Below, in pieces: positions 16,790 to 25,898 of a DNA stretch of 64,000 nt. Every line of letters starts with the position of its first letter. Position 1 is the stretch's first letter. A program made the position numbers and the translations under genes. The notes beneath the pieces are model-generated. The model was given only the letters and a program-made list of their open reading frames with translations. It made no database searches and was not told the DNA's origin. The DNA lies in contig NZ_JAQNDL010000005.1 of NCBI RefSeq assembly GCF_028368995.1, positions 224,001 through 288,000 of the forward strand. Direction: 5' to 3'. This DNA is from Nannocystis bainbridge (GTDB lineage Bacteria > Myxococcota_A > Polyangia > Nannocystales > Nannocystaceae).

Positions 16790-17749
16790 GTGAAGCTCGA
16801 CAACCGCTCGCCGTACCACGCCCACCTGTTCCGCGGCGGCATCGACGAGCGGCGGCTGTTCGGCTCGGTCGCCGTCCGCGTCACCTACGACATCGTCGGC
16901 GACCGCCTGCGCGTCGCGGACGACCAGGCGTGGCAGGTCTCACCTGCCCCTTGGGACAGCCCGCAGGGGCCGCTGCCCGGCGACGAGCTGTTCTACCGCG
17001 GCGGCGTCGACCTGCTCGTGTTCGGCTCGGCGCGCGCCGCCCGGCCCGTCCCGCGCATCGACGTCGACCTGCGGGTCGGCAGCGGCTTCCGCGGCCGCGT
17101 GGCCGTGTTCGGCGACCGCGTGTGGAAGCGAGGCCCGCGCGGCCTGGCCGCGAGCGCCCCGGTCCCGTTCCGCGCCATGCCGCTGACGCTCGACCGCAGC
17201 TTCGGCGGCAGCTTCGAGTGGGACGGCCTCGCCGCCGGTTTCCCCGACAACCCGGCCGGCCGCGGCTACTACCCCGACGAGCGGACCGCCGAGGGCCAGC
17301 CGCTGGCCAACATCGAGGACCCCGCGGCCCTGTGCGCGCGCTGGGACGACCGCCCCGAGCCGGTCGGCACCGGCTGCCCCGGCCAGGGCTTCGGCCCGCG
17401 GTTGCGCCGCAGCGTCGAGTTCGACCCAGACAGCGGCATGCTCGAGGTCCTGCGCCCGACCTTCTACAACGCCGCCTTCCCGCAGCTGATCGTCCCCGCC
17501 GCCCGGCCCGGCGATCGCGTCTCGATCACCGGCGTGCGCGAGGACGGCCCGCTCGTGTTCCACCTGCCCGACAACCTCCTGCGCGTGCGCCTCGCGTTCG
17601 GCGAAGAGACCGCCGAGAAGACCCCCGCGATCGACCAGATCGGCGTCGAGCCCGACCTGCTGCGCGTGTTCGTGTCCTACCGCTACCCGTTCCGCTACGT
17701 CCTGCACCCGCTGGAGAAGCGCGTCTGCGAGCTCGTCGCCCTGCGCTGA
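16790..17749 (+). CDS. DUF2169-family type VI secretion accessory protein
   Basis: DLLVFGSA, VFGDRVW, PFRAMPLTLDRSFGG, NPAGRGY, LANIEDP, FYNAA motifs. Confidence 0.85.
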   Translation: MKLDNRSPYHAHLFRGGIDERRLFGSVAVRVTYDIVGDRLRVADDQAWQVSPAPWDSPQGPLPGDELFYRGGVDLLVFGSARAARPVPRIDVDLRVGSGFRGRVAVFGDRVWKRGPRGLAASAPVPFRAMPLTLDRSFGGSFEWDGLAAGFPDNPAGRGYYPDERTAEGQPLANIEDPAALCARWDDRPEPVGTGCPGQGFGPRLRRSVEFDPDSGMLEVLRPTFYNAAFPQLIVPAARPGDRVSITGVREDGPLVFHLPDNLLRVRLAFGEETAEKTPAIDQIGVEPDLLRVFVSYRYPFRYVLHPLEKRVCELVALR

Positions 17750-17773
17750 AGGACATGTTCGAAAGGACATCTC

Positions 17774-18736
17774 GTGCCGTTCGCCGTCCTCAAAGATTTC
17801 CACCCGATGTTCGGCTACGACCTGCACATCCCGTGGCCGCTGCCCTCGCCCGCGCCGTCGCCCGCGCCCGTCCCCTACTACTGCTTCCACCTGCTGTGCG
17901 GCTGGAAGGGCACCTATCAGCGCGCCATCAGCCACAGCACCAGCTGGGGCGCCCTGGTCCAGAAGGGCAGCGACATCGGCCCCGGCATCCCGCACATCGG
18001 CGTGCCCTCCTACCTGCTGCCGCTCGACATCCTGTTCAGCGCCTCCAAGTCGTACTGGGGCACCAGCGAGTACAAGGCCGAGGGCAAGCCCGCAGCGGTG
18101 TGCATCATCCCGTGGGCCTGCATCAACATCAACCTCAACTGCGGCACCCCCTTCCCCAAGCGGCCCGGCATCGTCATCGCCTTCAACACCCACTACGCGG
18201 GCATGACCTGGGGCGACTTCTTCCACGGCCTCCTCAGCTTCGCCATCGACTGGGCGCTGCAGTGGCTGTTCAACAAGCTGCTCGGCAAGTTCAGCGACAA
18301 GATCGCCAACCGCTTCCTCAACACCGCGCTGACCAAGAGCGCCGCCAAGGCGGCCCTGAACGGCACCGTCAAGCGCAGGGTGATCAACCAGATGGCGCGT
18401 GAGCTGGCCGCGGCCAACCGCGCCCGCGCCGACGCCTTTCTCAAGCTCTTCCCCGCCTTCATCCGCCCCAGCCGCGAGGCCGCCAACCCGATCCTCAACA
18501 ACGCCGTCGGCGCCGTCGCGGGCTTCCTGTTCGGCGGCCCGCTCGGCATGGACGCCAACGGCGCGTTCGGCTGGTGGACCCCCGGCGGCAGCGCCACCAA
18601 CGGCGCCCAGGACTACCTCAACAACAACGTCGTCGACGAGTTCGGCAACACCCCCGAGCGGCCCCCGCCTCCGCCTCCGCCCCCGCGCCGGCCGCCGAGC
18701 ATCGGCCCGGCCCCGCCGCCCCTGTGCCGGCCCTGA
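17774..18736 (+). CDS. putative PAAR-like spike-tip protein with hydrophobic/helical C-terminal extension
   Basis: N-terminal DFHPMFGYDLH resembles the DPxxGxDxH start of PAAR-like/RHS proteins; His/Cys ligand candidates; flanked by two DUF2169 genes. Confidence 0.55.
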   Translation: MPFAVLKDFHPMFGYDLHIPWPLPSPAPSPAPVPYYCFHLLCGWKGTYQRAISHSTSWGALVQKGSDIGPGIPHIGVPSYLLPLDILFSASKSYWGTSEYKAEGKPAAVCIIPWACININLNCGTPFPKRPGIVIAFNTHYAGMTWGDFFHGLLSFAIDWALQWLFNKLLGKFSDKIANRFLNTALTKSAAKAALNGTVKRRVINQMARELAAANRARADAFLKLFPAFIRPSREAANPILNNAVGAVAGFLFGGPLGMDANGAFGWWTPGGSATNGAQDYLNNNVVDEFGNTPERPPPPPPPPRRPPSIGPAPPPLCRP

Positions 18737-18797
18737 TCTACCTGTCCTCCGGGCCAGGTCGCTCCTCCCCCTCTCGCGCCGCCGAATCAACTGTCCC

Positions 18798-19961
18798 ATG
18801 CGCCAGGTCGAAACCCGCCCGAGCCCCACCGTCCAGCAGGTCTCCGACATGCTCCCGTCGGGCGAGCCGATGCTCGCCGTGCTGGCCAAGCGCACCTACG
18901 ACGTCGGCGCCGACGGCCGCTGCAGCCTCGCCGACGAGCAGGCCCCGCTGCTGGCCGCCCCGCTCGACGACCCCGACGTCCCCGACCTCCTGCTCGCCGA
19001 CTCCGACCTCCACCCCTACAAGCCGCGCACCGACCTCGTCCTGCTCGGCCACGCCCACGGGCGCCAGCGCGTGCGCCGGCTCGAAGTGCTCGTCCGCGTC
19101 CCTGGCCACGAGCACCGGATCGCCGTCATCGGCGCGCGCACCTGTTCGATCGAGCAGGGCAAGCTCCGCTTCTCCGACCCGCTGCCGATCGACAAGGTCC
19201 CGCTGTCGCCGCTGTACGCCTACGGCGGGCGCGATCGCGGCGCAGAGGCCCGCCACGGCAACCCGCTCGCCAGCCCCGAGTGGAGCCGGGCCCTCGCCGG
19301 CGCCGATCCAGACGCCCTCTCGCCCTACCGTTACCCGCGCAACCCCGTCGGCCGCGGCTACCTGCTCGAGGTCGATCCGGGCCACGACGACGCCTTCGAG
19401 CTGCCGCAGCTCGAAGATCCCACCGACCTCCTCACGCCGACCCGGATCGTCGGCGACTGGCTCGACAACTGGCACCGCCTGCCCCTGCCGCACGCCGGCG
19501 GGTGGGTCCACTACGACTGGTACCCGCGGATCGCCTTTGCGGGCATGGTCCCGATCGTCGAGCATTTCGACGAGCCGCCGCTCGAGGTCGAGCGCGAGCT
19601 CGTCCCCGATCTGCTGGCCGACGGCACCGGCCGCACCGTCCTCGATTTCCGCTACGAGATCGCCTGCGGCGCCCCGCTCGGCCTCCAGGTGCCACATCTC
19701 CGCGGCGGCGAGCCCGTCGAGCTGCACGGCGTCCACCCGACCCGGCCCCGCTGGGGCTTCACCGTCCCGCCGGCCCCGCGCCTGCACACCGACGGCCGCG
19801 ACGGCCGCCTGAACCCCGCCGAGCCCGTGCTCCACACCGTCGTGATCGAGCCCGACCTCGATCGCATCACCCTCGTGTGGCGCGGCGCGGCCCCGGCCCG
19901 CCGCCAGTATCACCCGCAGGAGCTCGAGAGCATGCCGCTGCGGGTCGACTGGCGCGAGTGA
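18798..19961 (+). CDS. DUF2169-family type VI secretion accessory protein (second copy)
   Basis: SDLHPYKPRTDLVLLGHAH, AYGG, YPRNPVGRGY, LPQLEDP, LRGGEPVELHG, LHTVVIEPD..LVWR. Confidence 0.88.
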   Translation: MRQVETRPSPTVQQVSDMLPSGEPMLAVLAKRTYDVGADGRCSLADEQAPLLAAPLDDPDVPDLLLADSDLHPYKPRTDLVLLGHAHGRQRVRRLEVLVRVPGHEHRIAVIGARTCSIEQGKLRFSDPLPIDKVPLSPLYAYGGRDRGAEARHGNPLASPEWSRALAGADPDALSPYRYPRNPVGRGYLLEVDPGHDDAFELPQLEDPTDLLTPTRIVGDWLDNWHRLPLPHAGGWVHYDWYPRIAFAGMVPIVEHFDEPPLEVERELVPDLLADGTGRTVLDFRYEIACGAPLGLQVPHLRGGEPVELHGVHPTRPRWGFTVPPAPRLHTDGRDGRLNPAEPVLHTVVIEPDLDRITLVWRGAAPARRQYHPQELESMPLRVDWRE

Positions 19962-20055
19962 CATGTTCCAATGGACATGTCCTCTGCGACATGTCTCCGG
20001 AAACATGCTCGATGTCACGAGCCCCCGCCTCTCAGGGTCGAAGGGGCATGTCCCC
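19960..20055. repeat. 14-bp-phased GGACATGTCC-like array
   Basis: gacatgtt-ccaatg-gacatgtc-ctctgc-gacatgtc-tccgga-aacatgct plus ggggcatgtcccc. Confidence 0.8.
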
Positions 20056-20069
20056 CATCGACCACGGGC

Positions 20070-21581
20070 TCAGGCTCGCCCGAGCCCGGCGAGCACGGGC
20101 AGCCGCGAGGCCACCAGCGCCACCGGGCCGCTGGCCAGCGCGCAGATGATCAGCGCCGCCCCTGCGGGCCCCGCCAGATCGATCCACGACAGCGCGAACG
20201 GCAGGTGGTCGACCGGATAGACCTCCGGGTCGAGCGGATAACGGAACACCGCCACCATCCAGCCGAACGCCAGCCCGAGGCCGACCCCGATCAGCGTGCC
20301 GAGCAGCCCGGCGAACACCCCGACCGCCTCGAACACGGCGAAGATCGTCCGCGAGTCGGCGCCGAGGCTCATCAGCGCCGCGATCTCCTCGCGCTTGCGG
20401 CGGACCAGCAGCAGCAGGCTCGCCAGCAGGGCCGTGGCCGCCACCACCTCGAGCAGGCCGAGCACCAGCGACACCGCCGCGCGGATCTGCCGCAGCCCGG
20501 CGAGCACGTCCTCGCCCTGCTGCTCCCACGTGGTCGCGCGGAAGCCGTCGCCCATCGCCGCCACCACCTCGCCGGCGAACGCCTTCGCCGAGTCCGGGTC
20601 GCGCAGCGCGAACTCCACCCCGCTGACCCGGCGCTCGGCGAAGAACAGCGCCTGCGCGGCCGACAGGTGGACCAGCGCCAGCGACGCGTCGTAGTCGCCG
20701 ACCCCGGTGTCGAGCAGGTCGACCACCTCGTACTCGCCGTGGCGCGGCGGGCGGGCCATCGCCGCCGCCGTCCCGTCGAGCTCCGCCGGCACCACCAGCC
20801 GCACCGCGTCGCCGACCTTCACCTCGAGGCGCTCGGCCAGGCGCGAGCCGAGCGCGATCGCCGGGACGTGGCGGACGTCGCCCGGGCGCACCTTCATCAG
20901 GTCGCCGCCGCGCAGCATCGCCGCCGTACCCGGCAGCCCGGCCGCCAGCTCCGGCTCGACCCCCTTGATCAGCGCGATCACCGGCGCGTTGCGGTCGATC
21001 GGCCGGGTGTGTGTCTCCTGGGACATGTCCTCGGGCGCATGTCCTTTTGGACCTGGCGCCACGGACCTGTCCTCCTGGACATCCTTGTGCAGCGGCACCA
21101 CCGCCGCGGTCGAGAACGCGAACGGCGAGGCCGCCAGGACCCGCGGGTCGCCGCCCCAGCGGGCCACCACCTGCGGGTACTCGTCGAAGTCGAGCCCGTA
21201 CTCGGTGAGCGTCACGTGGCCGCCGACCTTGCTGAGGCGGCCGATCAGCTCGCGCTCGAAGCCCGAGGTCACCCCGAGCACCGTGATCAGCGCCGCGCAG
21301 CCGAGGCCCGTGCCGAACACCGCCACCGCCACCGCGGGCATCAGGTAGCGCGCGCACAGCAGGCCCACGGTGACCAGCGCCGCCAGCCCGGCGACCAGCG
21401 GCGGCGCGACCGCGCGGACCCCGAGCAGCGTCGTCGCCGCGCCCGCGATCGTCAGCAGCGCCGCGACGATCAGCACCGCGCGCACGCCTTTGCCGGCCCC
21501 GCGCCGCCCCTCGCGGAGGAGCATGCGGCGGGCCACCAGCGCGATCAGGGCCCAGCGGCGGCGGGAGCTGCGGGCGGCCAC
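20070..21581 (-). CDS. ABC transporter permease, LolC/LolE (FtsX/MacB) family
   Basis: LGVTSGFERELIGRL, TTWEQ, KREEIAALMSLGA, LDPEVYPVDHLP. Confidence 0.88.
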   Translation of the reverse strand: MAARSSRRRWALIALVARRMLLREGRRGAGKGVRAVLIVAALLTIAGAATTLLGVRAVAPPLVAGLAALVTVGLLCARYLMPAVAVAVFGTGLGCAALITVLGVTSGFERELIGRLSKVGGHVTLTEYGLDFDEYPQVVARWGGDPRVLAASPFAFSTAAVVPLHKDVQEDRSVAPGPKGHAPEDMSQETHTRPIDRNAPVIALIKGVEPELAAGLPGTAAMLRGGDLMKVRPGDVRHVPAIALGSRLAERLEVKVGDAVRLVVPAELDGTAAAMARPPRHGEYEVVDLLDTGVGDYDASLALVHLSAAQALFFAERRVSGVEFALRDPDSAKAFAGEVVAAMGDGFRATTWEQQGEDVLAGLRQIRAAVSLVLGLLEVVAATALLASLLLLVRRKREEIAALMSLGADSRTIFAVFEAVGVFAGLLGTLIGVGLGLAFGWMVAVFRYPLDPEVYPVDHLPFALSWIDLAGPAGAALIICALASGPVALVASRLPVLAGLGRA

Positions 21582-21585
21582 GGCG

Positions 21586-23658
21586 TCACTCGTAGCGCAG
21601 GCCCTCGACGGGGCGCAGTTTGGCCGCGCGCAGCGACGGCGGCAGCGTGGCGACGAAGCAGATCGCCAGCGTCATCGCCAGGATCCAGCCGATCTGGGCC
21701 AGGCTGAACTCGACCGGCAATTCTTCGATGAAGTAGACCTCGGGGTCGAGCGTGTAGCCGTAGAGCGACACCAGCCAGCACAGCACCAGGCCGAACAGCA
21801 CCCCCGCGGCCGCCCCGGACAGCCCGATCGCCATCCCGGTGACCTGGAAGATCCGCGCCACCTGCGGCCCGGTCGCGCCCATCGACATCAGGATCGCCAC
21901 GTCGTTGGTGCGGCGGACCACCATCGTCCACAGCGCCGACAGCACGTTGAACGTGGCCACCGTGATCACCAGGCTGAGGATCACCGTGATGATGTTCTTC
22001 TGCAGGCGGATGCTCTTGAACAGGTTCTCGTTCAAGTTCTGCCACTCGAGCACCTGGTACTCGCGGCCTGGCAGCGCCGCGCGGATCGTCGCGCCGACCT
22101 GGGCCGACAGGTCCGGGTTCTGCAGCCGGAGGTCGATGCCCGACACCTGGTCGCGGCCGCGGTACTTGAAGCGCTGCAGCTCCTTGATGTGCACGTACAC
22201 CAGGCGGCTGTCGTACTCCTGGAAGCCGGCCTGGAAGATCCCGGCGACCCGGTAGTACTGGAATTCGGGCTCGCTCGAGGCGTCGAACGACGAGCCCGGG
22301 TCGACCACCATCACCAGCGAGTCCTCGTGCAGGCCGAGGTCGCGAGCCAGCGACGCGCCGACGAAGATCGTCGGCAGCGCGCTGGCGTCGAAGCGGGCCG
22401 CGGGTTCGCCGGTGGCCGACTCTTCGGGCCACGCGTCGTCGTCGAGGAGATCGCCGCGGATCTCGCCGGGGATACGCTTACGGACCGCGGGGACCTGGGC
22501 GTAGTGGTTCATCGCCCGCTCGTACCAGCCTGCGCCGCGCGGATCGGGCGTGACCGCGATCGCCGGCGGCAATTCCTCCGGCTCGCGATCGGGCACCGGC
22601 ATCAGCTCGAAGTCGGAGCGCAGAACCGGGAGCGGGATCGCCCGCCCGCTGCCGCGTTGAAGGTGAGCCGGCAGGTCGATCACCTCCGCCGCCGTCTCGG
22701 GCTCGATCCCCTTCACCAGCACGCTCGCGAGCCGGAGATCGTCGGTGCGGCCGCCCTCCGGATCGTAGGGCGCCAGCATCATCGCGTAGTAGACGAACGG
22801 GCTCGCGCCGGTGACGCCGGGGCGCGTGCGCAGGTACGCCTCGAAGCGGCGGTACTCGGCCATGCCCGAGCTGCGGGTCACGTTGATGTGCGCGTACACG
22901 CCGAGCACGCGGCGTTCGAACTCGTGCTGAAAGCCCGTGGCGACCGACTGGACCACGATCAGCGCCGCGACCCCCAGGACCACCCCGATGATGCTGGTGG
23001 TGCCGAAGATCGACGAGTACTGCACGAGCAGCAGCAGCAGCCCGAGGAAGCTGGCGGCCGCGGTGGCGATCACCAGCGCGAGGCTGTGGTAGCCGAGGTT
23101 GAGCAGCAGCAGCGCGACGCCGGCGATCGCCCAGCACACCGCGCACAGCAGGCGAGCCCCGCGCGGCACTCGCTCGGCGCGGATGATCCGCAGCCCGAGC
23201 GATCGCTCGTAGCCGAGGGCGCCCGACAGCAGCCAGAACAGCACCAGCAGGCCCAGGGCCGCGGCGCCCGCGTAGCCGACGGCCGGCGCCCACTCCGGCA
23301 GCGCGTCGGCGAAGCCGAGCGGACCGGCGAGCGCGAGCGGCGTGGCCCACGAGAGCACGAACAGGCTCAGCAGTCCGGCGCGTCGGGGCGACGCGGGACC
23401 GGGCGTCCGCGCCCCGAACCGATCTCCCGCCCGATGAGGCCCGGAACGGGCGAGCGGAGGGCCTTGTACGTGCGGCGGCTTCAGGCCGGGCACGCTAGCA
23501 GCCGGCCTTTGCGCGGTCAACGAGCGCGGGGCCACGGGTGCGCCGCAAAGCGTGATTCGGCGGCGTGCACCTGGGCCTGCAGCGCCTGTGACGTCGACGG
23601 CGGGGCGCTCGGCATCCTTAGTTGAGTCAGCACGGGCTTGCCGCGGCGACACACACAA
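21586..23658 (-). CDS. ABC transporter permease, LolC/LolE family (true start probably downstream of 23658)
   Basis: GVAALIVVQSVATGFQ, HINV, WQNLNENLFKSIRLQK, VATFNVLSAL, AILMSMGA, AAKLRPVEGLRYE. Confidence 0.88.
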   Translation of the reverse strand: MCVSPRQARADSTKDAERPAVDVTGAAGPGARRRITLCGAPVAPRSLTAQRPAASVPGLKPPHVQGPPLARSGPHRAGDRFGARTPGPASPRRAGLLSLFVLSWATPLALAGPLGFADALPEWAPAVGYAGAAALGLLVLFWLLSGALGYERSLGLRIIRAERVPRGARLLCAVCWAIAGVALLLLNLGYHSLALVIATAAASFLGLLLLLVQYSSIFGTTSIIGVVLGVAALIVVQSVATGFQHEFERRVLGVYAHINVTRSSGMAEYRRFEAYLRTRPGVTGASPFVYYAMMLAPYDPEGGRTDDLRLASVLVKGIEPETAAEVIDLPAHLQRGSGRAIPLPVLRSDFELMPVPDREPEELPPAIAVTPDPRGAGWYERAMNHYAQVPAVRKRIPGEIRGDLLDDDAWPEESATGEPAARFDASALPTIFVGASLARDLGLHEDSLVMVVDPGSSFDASSEPEFQYYRVAGIFQAGFQEYDSRLVYVHIKELQRFKYRGRDQVSGIDLRLQNPDLSAQVGATIRAALPGREYQVLEWQNLNENLFKSIRLQKNIITVILSLVITVATFNVLSALWTMVVRRTNDVAILMSMGATGPQVARIFQVTGMAIGLSGAAAGVLFGLVLCWLVSLYGYTLDPEVYFIEELPVEFSLAQIGWILAMTLAICFVATLPPSLRAAKLRPVEGLRYE

Positions 23659-23779
23659 GTTGCCCGCGACACCTTACAATCGGGCGAATTCTTCGGCCCA
23701 GCACGGCCTGGCGCGAACCTTGACACACCTCGCTGGCGCAAGTTACGCTGCGCCGACCGCTGAATCTCGGAGCTCCCGC

Positions 23780-24685
23780 ATGCCCAGACGGTTCCTTTCT
23801 TCGTTTGCCCTAGCGGCGTTCGGCCTGAGTTTGCTTCTCGGCTCTTCAGAGGCTTGGGCGGGACCCTACGACCTGCGGCTCAGCCAGCTTGGCACGATGG
23901 CCAATGGCGTGGTCACGGGCAACGACGGTGACTTCCGCAGCCTCGCCTCGGAGCTCGGCGTCCTCATGGCGCCCAAGCCCGTCGACCCCGCCGACTCGCT
24001 CGGTCTCTCGGGCTTCGCGGTCTCGGCCGACATCAGCCTGAACACGATCAGCAACGGCGAGAATTTCTGGAAGAACGCCACGCGCGGCGATCCGGGCAAG
24101 GTCGCGCCGACCTTGCAGCTCATGGGTCGCAAGGGTCTGTGGCCTGGCATCGAGGTCGGCGCCGGCGCGACGCACCTGTTCGGCAGCCGGCTGTGGACGA
24201 TCAGCGGCTACGGCAAGGTGGCGATCCACGAAGGCTTCCACCACTTGCCGATCCCCTCGATCGCGCTGCGCGGCATGTTCTCGCGCCTGGTCGGCGCCGA
24301 GGACATGAACATGACCACGGGCGCGTTCGACATCTCGATCTCGCACGTGTTCGGGGTCGGCAAGACCGTCAACCTGACGCCGTACGCCGGCTATCAGGGC
24401 TTGATGATCTTCGCGCGCTCCGGCGTGCTCGACGCCACGCCGACCACTGACGAGTACCTCGACAAGTCGCCGGTGTTGAGCGAGTTCGTCTTCAAGGATG
24501 CGGGTATGATCTACCGGCACCGCCCGTTCGTCGGCTTCCGATTCATCTTCAGCGTCTTGCGCGTCGGCGTCGAGGCGATGATCGTCCCTGGCGGCAAGCG
24601 CGAGGGAGAGATCGAAGGCAACAAGGTCGCCGACAAATCCGGGCTGCAACAGCAGTACACTCTCTCCCTGGGTCTGGACTTCTAA
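23780..24685 (+). CDS. secreted protein, probable outer-membrane beta-barrel
   Basis: Signal peptide ending AWA; alternating amphipathic strands; C-terminal YTLSLGLDF (BAM-type terminal Phe). Confidence 0.7.
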   Translation: MPRRFLSSFALAAFGLSLLLGSSEAWAGPYDLRLSQLGTMANGVVTGNDGDFRSLASELGVLMAPKPVDPADSLGLSGFAVSADISLNTISNGENFWKNATRGDPGKVAPTLQLMGRKGLWPGIEVGAGATHLFGSRLWTISGYGKVAIHEGFHHLPIPSIALRGMFSRLVGAEDMNMTTGAFDISISHVFGVGKTVNLTPYAGYQGLMIFARSGVLDATPTTDEYLDKSPVLSEFVFKDAGMIYRHRPFVGFRFIFSVLRVGVEAMIVPGGKREGEIEGNKVADKSGLQQQYTLSLGLDF

Positions 24686-25530
24686 TGTTCGTCCTCTGTC
24701 CGTCCTGCGCCGGTCCCTTCCGCATCCCTGCCGACCAGATCGCCCCGCTGGTCCAGATCGCGTGCCCGCACTGCGAGTTCCGCATGATCCTGGACTTCGA
24801 GGCGGCCAACGAGCCGTCGCTCGCCGATCCCGGGCAGCTGTTCGCTCAGGGCTTCGAGAGCGCCGAGGCGTACTTCAGCGTCTACAGCCACGTCGGTCCG
24901 CAGTCCGACATCACCCCGCGCAAGGTCGAGGCTCCGCCGGCGCGTCCGGTCGAGGTCGAGGCTCCGGCCGCCAAGGCTCCGCCGACCTCGCCTGCTGCCA
25001 CGCCGCCGGTCTCGGCGCACACGCCTGCGACCGCGCCGGTGTCCTCGCCGCCCCCGCTCGCCGCTGCCGAGCCGCCGTTCCGCGCCGGCAACAAGACGAT
25101 CATCCAGGCGCCCAAGCGCCCGGCCAGCATGGACCCGCGGGCCGGCGAGGTCGCTTCGGCGCCGAGTGGTTCGTCGATGCGGGCCGGCAACAAGGGCATC
25201 GAGGCCGAGCCGGTCGCCGAGGCCAAGGTCAGCGCCGTGCAGCCCGAGCCGCGGATTCCGCCGCACACGCCGCCGGCCCAGACCGCGACCAGCAACCCGC
25301 CGGCGCCCACCGAGCCGGCCGTCGTCGCCAAGGTCGAGGACGCTGCGACGCAGTCCAACGCCAACTTGCCGACGCAGAAGCAAGAGGCGACCAGCCGGCC
25401 GTCCGAGCCGGAGAAGCCGATCGCCACCACGCCGCCGCCGACCGGCAGCTCCAACGTCGTCTACATCGCGCTGGTGGTGGTGGTGATCATCGCCGTCGTC
25501 GTGGTCATCGTCCTCAACTCCAAGGGTTGA
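24685..25530 (+). CDS. zinc-ribbon protein with Pro/Ala-rich linker and C-terminal TM anchor
   Basis: CPSC...CPHC; low-complexity linker; hydrophobic C-terminus; 1-bp overlap with upstream gene. Confidence 0.8.
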   Translation: MFVLCPSCAGPFRIPADQIAPLVQIACPHCEFRMILDFEAANEPSLADPGQLFAQGFESAEAYFSVYSHVGPQSDITPRKVEAPPARPVEVEAPAAKAPPTSPAATPPVSAHTPATAPVSSPPPLAAAEPPFRAGNKTIIQAPKRPASMDPRAGEVASAPSGSSMRAGNKGIEAEPVAEAKVSAVQPEPRIPPHTPPAQTATSNPPAPTEPAVVAKVEDAATQSNANLPTQKQEATSRPSEPEKPIATTPPPTGSSNVVYIALVVVVIIAVVVVIVLNSKG

Positions 25531-25638
25531 GGACCCGCCGACGCCCTCGCGGCGTCGACGGCGAAGCCCGCTCCTTCCGGCTGGAAGGGCGGGCTTCGTG
25601 ATTCGGGCTTCGTGATCTTGGCGGCCTCAGGCGCGCGG

Positions 25639-25869
25639 TCAGCCCGGGCGGCCGTGCTTCGGCTCGTCCTTCGGCGTGACGTCGATCTCGCCGCGGCGAT
25701 CGGCCTCTTGTTGCTTGTCGTGTTCGATCGCCTTCATCTCCTTGCGGAACCCTCGCAGCATCTGACCGATGCTCGATCCCAGCGCGGGCAGCTTGGACGG
25801 GCCGAGCACGAGCAAGATGACCGCGACGATGATGACGATCTCGAGGGGACTGAGGACACCCAGGAGCAT
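25639..25869 (-). CDS. tatA: twin-arginine translocase TatA/TatE subunit
   Basis: EIVIIVAVILLVLGPSKLPALGSSIGQMLRGFRKEM. Confidence 0.9.
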   Translation of the reverse strand: MLLGVLSPLEIVIIVAVILLVLGPSKLPALGSSIGQMLRGFRKEMKAIEHDKQQEADRRGEIDVTPKDEPKHGRPG

Positions 25870-25898
25870 GGCCGAAAGGTAGTCCTTCGAGCCTCGCT

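Noticed and set aside
19960-20010. Resemblance of GGACATGTCC to the eukaryotic p53 half-site
   Set aside because: Coincidental in a bacterial genome; the arrays have a 14-bp period rather than abutting 10-bp half-sites
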